Below are positions 57,261 through 64,000 of a DNA stretch of 64,000 nucleotides, in pieces (position 1 is the first letter of the stretch; every line of letters starts with the position of its first letter). Location: the NCBI GenBank assembly GCA_041549835.1, contig JBFEQB010000004.1:14486-78485 (forward strand). The letters are read 5' to 3'. Source of the stretch: Luteolibacter sp. GTDB lineage: Bacteria; Verrucomicrobiota; Verrucomicrobiia; Verrucomicrobiales; Akkermansiaceae. The position numbers and the translations under genes are program-made. The notes beneath the pieces are model-generated. The model was not told where the DNA came from. It saw nothing but the letters and a program-made list of their open reading frames with translations, and did not search any database.

Positions 57261-57317
57261 GTGCTTTTTTAATTTTCGCATCGTCAAATCGTGATGCGTT
57301 GATATAAACGACCCGCC

Positions 57318-58235
57318 ATGGCGTCAACACTCAAATCCCTGAAATTGCTCTCCGATCCCACGCGGCTCCGAATCCTCATGTTGGTGGGCTCCGAAGCCCT
57401 TTCGGTGGCTGAACTGCAGGAAATCCTCGGCATGGGGCAGAGCCGAATTTCCACCCAGCTTTCGCAGCTCAAGACCGCCGGACTCGTGACCGACGAACGC
57501 AGCGGAAAAAACAACATGTATTCCTGCGCCGCCGCCAAGGATTTGCTGGAAGTCGCTCAACTCGCCGCCGAGGAAGTTCCGGAAGTGGAGGCGGACAAGG
57601 CCGCGCTGCGCCACCTGTTGCGCAAGCGCAAGGACACGGCGCGTGCGTATTTCGATGAACTCGCCGGCCGCTTTGGCAAGGACTACGTGCCCGGGCGCTC
57701 GTGGAAGGCACTCGCCGAAGCGCTCATCAAGGTGCTGAACTACCGGGTCGTCGCCGACCTCGGTGCCGGCGAGGGCACGCTCGCCCAACTGCTCGCACAA
57801 CGCGCCGAGAAGGTCATCGCCGTGGATCTTTCCCCGAAAATGGTCGAGTTCGGCCAGGCGCTCGCCGTGCAAAACGGTCTGACCAATCTGGAATACCGCC
57901 TCGGCGACATCGAAGCGCCGCCGATCGATGAAAAATCCCTCGATCTCGCGATCCTCAGTCAGGCGCTCCACCACGCCGAGCATCCGCAACGCGCCATCGA
58001 CGCTGCGTTCCGAATCCTGAAGCCCGGCGGCCGCCTTATCATCCTCGATCTCGTCCAGCACAACTTCGACGAAGCCCGCGAACTCTACGCCGACCGCTGG
58101 CTCGGATTCTCCGAAAGCGATCTCGCCGCCATGCTGGAGAAAGCGGGCTTCACGGATCTTGAGACGGTCGTCGCCGACCGCGAACCCAACGCACCGAATT
58201 TCCAGACACTGTTAGGTATCGGCACCCGGCCGTGA
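57318..58235 (+). CDS. ArsR-family HTH fused to a SAM-dependent methyltransferase-like domain (SahR-like regulator)
   Basis: N-terminal ..[41 protein letters not shown].., and a C-terminal class-I MTase fold ([11 protein letters not shown]). Divergent from metK-ahcY. Confidence 0.75.
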   Translation: MASTLKSLKLLSDPTRLRILMLVGSEALSVAELQEILGMGQSRISTQLSQLKTAGLVTDERSGKNNMYSCAAAKDLLEVAQLAAEEVPEVEADKAALRHLLRKRKDTARAYFDELAGRFGKDYVPGRSWKALAEALIKVLNYRVVADLGAGEGTLAQLLAQRAEKVIAVDLSPKMVEFGQALAVQNGLTNLEYRLGDIEAPPIDEKSLDLAILSQALHHAEHPQRAIDAAFRILKPGGRLIILDLVQHNFDEARELYADRWLGFSESDLAAMLEKAGFTDLETVVADREPNAPNFQTLLGIGTRP

Positions 58236-59066
58236 TCAGGAACGGATTCCTTCGATGCAACCGCTCACCATCGACGCGTAGCCGGAGCCGAAGAGGTTCA
58301 GGTGATTCAATGCGTGATAGAGATCGTAAAGTGGGCGGCGGCGTTCGCGATCCTCCGATAACGGGCCATAGGCACGCAGGAAGGAATCCGGCAGCGGCCC
58401 GCCGAAAAGCTCCAGCATCGCGAGATCCGTCTCAGGATCGCCGAAATACGGTGCCGGATCGAAAACCACGGCAGTGCGATCCGGCAGCGCCGCCGTGTTC
58501 CCCGACCACAAGTCGCCGTGCAGCAACGCGGGCGCGGGGTCGTGATCTAATAGAACCCGCTCTGCAGCGGTGAGAATTTCCGCCTCCGGCAAATCATGTC
58601 CGCGCGAGCGGGCCCGCCGGATCTGCGGACGCAGACGGCATTCCTGATAGAACTCGATCCATGTTTCCGCCATGTGGTTCGACTGCGGCGTCGCTCCGAT
58701 GAAATTGTCGTGGTCCAGCCCGTGGCGGTCCGCGGTGACCGCATGGAGGGATGCGAGTTGGCGGCCAAGATCGGCCCATGCCTCGTTTCCCAGCGGGAGC
58801 TGATCCAGCCATTCGAGCGCGAGCCAGTGCTTCCCGCCCGCCGCGATCACCTCCGGCACGCGGATGGGGGGAGCAAGCAAGAACAGCCCGCGGGCTTCGG
58901 CAACCAGCAGGTCCGCCGTCCCGCCACTCGCCGTCTTGAGAAACACCCGGCGACCATCGGCAAGCACCACACAGCGCGCGTCGTGGATGCAGCCGCCACC
59001 GACGGACCTGCTCTCCACCGGCCGGGAACCAAGCGCGGCGGCGATCGATTCGTCGAGGGAGTTCAT
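58236..59066 (-). CDS. fructosamine/ketosamine kinase family protein
   Basis: ..ALLHGDLWSGN.., ..VFDPAPYFGDPE... ATG 59066 is preferred. The stop directly abuts the convergent upstream stop. Confidence 0.8.
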   Translation of the reverse strand: MNSLDESIAAALGSRPVESRSVGGGCIHDARCVVLADGRRVFLKTASGGTADLLVAEARGLFLLAPPIRVPEVIAAGGKHWLALEWLDQLPLGNEAWADLGRQLASLHAVTADRHGLDHDNFIGATPQSNHMAETWIEFYQECRLRPQIRRARSRGHDLPEAEILTAAERVLLDHDPAPALLHGDLWSGNTAALPDRTAVVFDPAPYFGDPETDLAMLELFGGPLPDSFLRAYGPLSEDRERRRPLYDLYHALNHLNLFGSGYASMVSGCIEGIRS

Positions 59067-59082
59067 GGTTCGGAAAGCGCTC

Positions 59083-60849
<1,767 letters not shown>

Positions 60850-60900
60850 GCGCGGATGGGAAACGATCCGGGCCGCGGCGTCAATGACGACGGCGCCCCC

Positions 60901-61431
60901 TCACTCGCCGTCCACCCGCGCGAGGATCCATAACAGGTCCGCGAGCTTGTTGAAAAACAGGCGCACCGATTCCGGCACCGGCTCGCCGGATTCGTGCAAG
61001 ACCAGGACGCTCCGCTCCGCGCGGCGGGCCACGGATCTGGCGAAATCCACGCCCGCCCGCGCCAGACAGCCCTCCGCGCCCGGCCTCGCCCAACCGGTGA
61101 AGCGGATCCCCCGCGCCTCGTATTTCCGCGCCTCGGCGAGCACCCACTCGACGTCCTCTGCCTCGATCAGCGGAAATTTTTTCTCACGATATCGGGCCTC
61201 GTCCTCGGGCAGCGTCGCCAGTTGGCCCATCAGGCCGATGAGCTTTTCCTGCAGTGTGTCGATGAGTGAAAGCCACTCCGGATTCGCCCCGGACGCCCGC
61301 GCCATGCCGAGCGCGGCGTTCAATTCATCCACGCAACCAAGGCACTCGATGCGCGGCGAGCTTTTCGCAATGCGTTTTCCAAACAGCAAATCGGTTTCGC
61401 CGTGGTCCCCGCGGCCGGTGATGATGCTCAT
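60901..61431 (-). CDS. ATP:cob(I)alamin adenosyltransferase, PduO type
   Basis: 176 aa from ATG 61431. MSIITGRGDHGETDLLFGKRIAKSSPRIECLGCVDELNAALG. The 439-aa track ORF is an upstream GC read-through. Confidence 0.85.
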   Translation of the reverse strand: MSIITGRGDHGETDLLFGKRIAKSSPRIECLGCVDELNAALGMARASGANPEWLSLIDTLQEKLIGLMGQLATLPEDEARYREKKFPLIEAEDVEWVLAEARKYEARGIRFTGWARPGAEGCLARAGVDFARSVARRAERSVLVLHESGEPVPESVRLFFNKLADLLWILARVDGE

Positions 61432-61500
61432 GGGCAGGACGTTAATCGGCGGAAAAATCAATGTCCATCCGCGTTCATCCGTGTTTGATCTGGGCCGTCC

Positions 61501-62253
61501 ATGAAACTCGCAAAACTCGGCGAAGGCCCGGAAATCTTCCACACCATCCAAGGCGAAGGCCCCAGCGCCGGGTGCCCGGCGGTTTTCATCCGCGCGTCCC
61601 GCTGCAATCTGCACTGCGTCTGGTGCGACACCGATCACACCTGGAACTTCGAGGGCACGCCATGGCCGCATGAAAAGGACGCCGTTCCCGGCTACACCAA
61701 ACACCGCAAATCCGGCGTCACCCTCGATCTCGCTCCCGCCGAGGCCGCCCGCCGCATCCTCGCCTTTGGCTGCCCGCGAGTGGTGATCACCGGCGGCGAA
61801 CCCTTGCTCCAGGAAACGGAGTTTCTCGAAATGATCCACCTCATCCGCGCGGAGATGCCGGACTGCCTGTTTGAAGTGGAAACCAACGCCACCCGGGTCC
61901 CCTCGCCCGCCTTTGCCAACGCGGTGGATCAATTCAACGTCTCGCCGAAACTCGCCAACTCCGGCGTGGCCGAAGCCCTCCGCCTGAATGAGGCCGCCCT
62001 GCGGTTTTTTGCCGAATCCCCCAAGGCATGGTTCAAATTCGTGGTCGCCCGCCCGCCGGACCTCGTTGAAATCCAATCCCTCCGGGTCCGCTACGAACTC
62101 CCCCACTCCCGCATCCTGTTGATGCCCGAGGGCCGCACCTCCGCCGAACTCGACCGCCACGCTCCGTGGCTTGCCGAGACCTGCCGCGAGCTTGGTTTCC
62201 GCTTCTGTGACCGCCTCCACATCCGCCTCTGGGGAGACCGGCGCGGAGTTTGA
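61501..62253 (+). CDS. queE: 7-carboxy-7-deazaguanine synthase (radical SAM)
   Basis: 250-aa ORF. ..IFHTIQGEG..G.PAVFIRASRCNLHCVWCDT... Confidence 0.85.
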   Translation: MKLAKLGEGPEIFHTIQGEGPSAGCPAVFIRASRCNLHCVWCDTDHTWNFEGTPWPHEKDAVPGYTKHRKSGVTLDLAPAEAARRILAFGCPRVVITGGEPLLQETEFLEMIHLIRAEMPDCLFEVETNATRVPSPAFANAVDQFNVSPKLANSGVAEALRLNEAALRFFAESPKAWFKFVVARPPDLVEIQSLRVRYELPHSRILLMPEGRTSAELDRHAPWLAETCRELGFRFCDRLHIRLWGDRRGV

Positions 62254-62263
62254 GCCACGGGGC

Positions 62264-62662
62264 TCACCCCTCCTGTGCTTGCTCAGCGGCCTCCGCCCTC
62301 CTCATGCGCCGCACATGGCGGATATCAAGGACCAGGTTATACGTCGCCACACACGCGGGAAACAGATTGGACAGCACCCCCACCGAGTCGTTCTTGCCGA
62401 AGGTGAAATAGCTCAACAAACAAAAACTACCAAACACCGACATCACCCAGAAGATCCTCGGCATCCTCACCATCTTCGCCTTCCGGGACGCGAGCAACTG
62501 AGGCAGCCAGCGCCCCCCGAACATCACGACTCCGGCATAGCCGACCATCTTCCACGGCGTGAACGTCACCTCATGCCCGAAGAACTCGGTCACGTGAAAC
62601 GCGCGGTTCATGAAAGAAACCGGCTCCGCGACCGCCAACCATGTCATGCAATCCATTGTCAT
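62264..62662 (-). CDS. lipid-A-disaccharide synthase N-terminal (LAB_N) domain membrane protein
   Basis: 132-aa ORF. ..GRWLPQLLASRKAK..MPRIFWVMSVFGSFCLLSYF... Sits downstream of a GT2 gene, the usual pairing. Confidence 0.65.
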   Translation of the reverse strand: MTMDCMTWLAVAEPVSFMNRAFHVTEFFGHEVTFTPWKMVGYAGVVMFGGRWLPQLLASRKAKMVRMPRIFWVMSVFGSFCLLSYFTFGKNDSVGVLSNLFPACVATYNLVLDIRHVRRMRRAEAAEQAQEG

Positions 62663-62682
62663 CAGATTTTCAAAGTGTTGTC

Positions 62683-63381
62683 TCAGACTTCCTCACGCCA
62701 ATCCCACTTCACTTTCCGTCGCAGCAACCATTGCACTCCGAGCAAATCGTAAATCCCCCTCAGCGCGCGGTCCCAGTTCGTGTATTTCGACTCTCCCGCG
62801 AGTCTTCCGCGGTGGTTCACCGGCAGTTCGCCAATCTGCAACCCGGCCTGCAGGAAAATCGCCGGCAGATACCGGTGCATCCCGTTGAAGGGCACCAGAT
62901 GATCCACCGCCTCACGGCGGAAAACCTTCACCGAGCACCCCGTGTCGCGCACCCCGTCATGCAGAAACATCCGCCGGATCTGGTTGGCGAAGCGCGATGC
63001 ATAGCGCCGGCTCGCGGTGTCCACCCGGTTGGCCCGATAGCCGCAAATCACGTCCACTCCGCCTTTTTCCAATTCCGCCGCCAACTTCGGGATGTCCGCC
63101 GGATCATTCTGACCATCGCCATCCATCAACGCGCAGATCGGCCGCGTTGCCGCCCGAAGACCGGCATACATCGCCGCCGATTGCCCGCGGTTCAGTGCAA
63201 AATGCAATACCCTCACCCCAGGCATTCCGTCCAGAACCGCCGCCGTGCCGTCCCCGCTGCCATCGTCCACCGCGATCACCTCAGCCCCCGGATTCGTCCG
63301 CAAAACCTCGGCCAATACCTCCCTCGCCGTTTCCTCTTCATTGAAAAACGGCACTACGATGGACACCTGCTCGCTCGGCAT
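62683..63381 (-). CDS. family-2 glycosyltransferase (polyprenol-phosphate glycosyltransferase-like)
   Basis: [12 protein letters not shown].., ..[12 protein letters not shown].., ..MDGDGQNDP... ATG 63381 is preferred. Confidence 0.8.
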   Translation of the reverse strand: MPSEQVSIVVPFFNEEETAREVLAEVLRTNPGAEVIAVDDGSGDGTAAVLDGMPGVRVLHFALNRGQSAAMYAGLRAATRPICALMDGDGQNDPADIPKLAAELEKGGVDVICGYRANRVDTASRRYASRFANQIRRMFLHDGVRDTGCSVKVFRREAVDHLVPFNGMHRYLPAIFLQAGLQIGELPVNHRGRLAGESKYTNWDRALRGIYDLLGVQWLLRRKVKWDWREEV

Positions 63382-63506
63382 GCCGCGGACTGTTCCAGAA
63401 CTTCTTCGCATCGGCGAGTCTTCTCTTTGGTGCTCACCCACCCTGCGAAAAACCCGCAACTTTCCCGTAGGCCCGGTGTTTTCCTCATGGTAAACCGCCC
63501 CACGCC

Positions 63507-63896
63507 ATGAACCGCAAACCCCTCATCACCGACGACTCCTGGGAACATGACGCCGTCTGGAAATTGCTCGACCAAGCTCCTCCCGCAAGGCCCCGGCCGA
63601 GCTTCGCCGATGACACCGTGCGGGCCGCGCGCCTCGCCGGCCAACCGGAGTCCTGGTGGAAACGCCTGTTCTCCCCCGCTCCGCTCGCCGGACTCGCAAC
63701 CGCCACGGCAGCTTTGGCTTTCACCGTGATCAGCCTTACCGCCCCGGATTCCAAGCCCGCCGATCTGGCCGCGTCCTTCGATACCGAACAAGCCGCCGCC
63801 ATTCAGGAAATCGCCGAAACCGAAACGCTCCTCGCCGCTGTCGATCACCTTGAGGATTTCAGCGACCACGAACTCGTCAGCCTGATCGGATTTTAA
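63507..63896 (+). CDS. hypothetical single-pass membrane protein (anti-sigma-like layout)
   Basis: 129-aa ORF with a central TM ([18 protein letters not shown]) and an acidic C-terminus. No partner sigma factor in the window. Confidence 0.4.
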   Translation: MNRKPLITDDSWEHDAVWKLLDQAPPARPRPSFADDTVRAARLAGQPESWWKRLFSPAPLAGLATATAALAFTVISLTAPDSKPADLAASFDTEQAAAIQEIAETETLLAAVDHLEDFSDHELVSLIGF

Positions 63897-63935
63897 GCAC
63901 TTCCACTCCGTGGTCGTTCCGTCCAGCTTCCCCCC

Positions 63936-64000
63936 GTGAAGCCCTGTCTAATTTTCGACCTTGATGGGACCCTCGTGGACTCCCTTCCCGGCATTGCCGG
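63936..64000 (+). CDS. HAD-superfamily hydrolase, N-terminal fragment (continues beyond the window)
   Basis: GTG 63936, then KPCLIFDLDGTLVDSLPGIA (HAD motif I). Confidence 0.5.
   Translation, partial: MKPCLIFDLDGTLVDSLPGIA

Noticed and set aside
57261-57317. Expected SAM riboswitch upstream of metK
   Set aside because: Only 57 nt separate metK from the divergent regulator gene, and no SAM-I/II/IV-like helices are visible. Regulation is more plausibly protein-based (SahR-like).
61432-62220. Upstream 263-aa extension of the PduO-type adenosyltransferase ORF (439-aa track ORF), antisense to queE
   Set aside because: The extension is G/A/E/R-rich noise opposite a clear radical-SAM queE. The enzyme family starts at MSIITGRGDHGETD.

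Overview
High-GC, tightly packed chromosomal window with about 65 protein genes and no rRNA, tRNA, CRISPR, transposase or integrase that I can see. Several features suggest a Verrucomicrobiota or Planctomycetota-like genome: a planctomycete-type cytochrome c domain protein, many FTLxE prepilin-type pseudopilins, Shine-Dalgarno-poor CA/AT-rich leaders, and Tat lipoproteins. This placement is an inference. Most of the content is housekeeping: gltB(partial)-gltD, glmM, murI, infC, dapB, hflKC, dnaB, dtd, carA, purA, uppS, galE, nuoB-nuoC, mfd, hemA-hemC-cobA/hemD, lipA, ahcY-metK, queE, a PduO-type adenosyltransferase and ABC transporters. Accessory or unusual content: (1) a porin / FMN-binding / PepSY-TM / ApbE operon; (2) a RES-Xre toxin-antitoxin pair beside an EVE-domain gene; (3) a SahR-like ArsR-methyltransferase regulator divergent from metK-ahcY; (4) a 726-bp non-coding gap upstream of lipA holding a nested-helix/pseudoknot RNA candidate; (5) a palindromic element that fills two convergent intergenic gaps; (6) a diverged ~120-130 bp direct duplication of an ArfB-like gene 3' end, flanking an alpha/beta-hydrolase gene; (7) a G-free 4x7-nt heptad repeat present before the gltD start codon and again inside mfd; (8) an infC with a likely AUA start; (9) a sigma-54 activator with a degenerate receiver domain; (10) a HiPIP with a perfect 18-bp coding tandem repeat. 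All calls rest on reading the supplied ORF translations and the DNA by eye. No database search or folding program was run.
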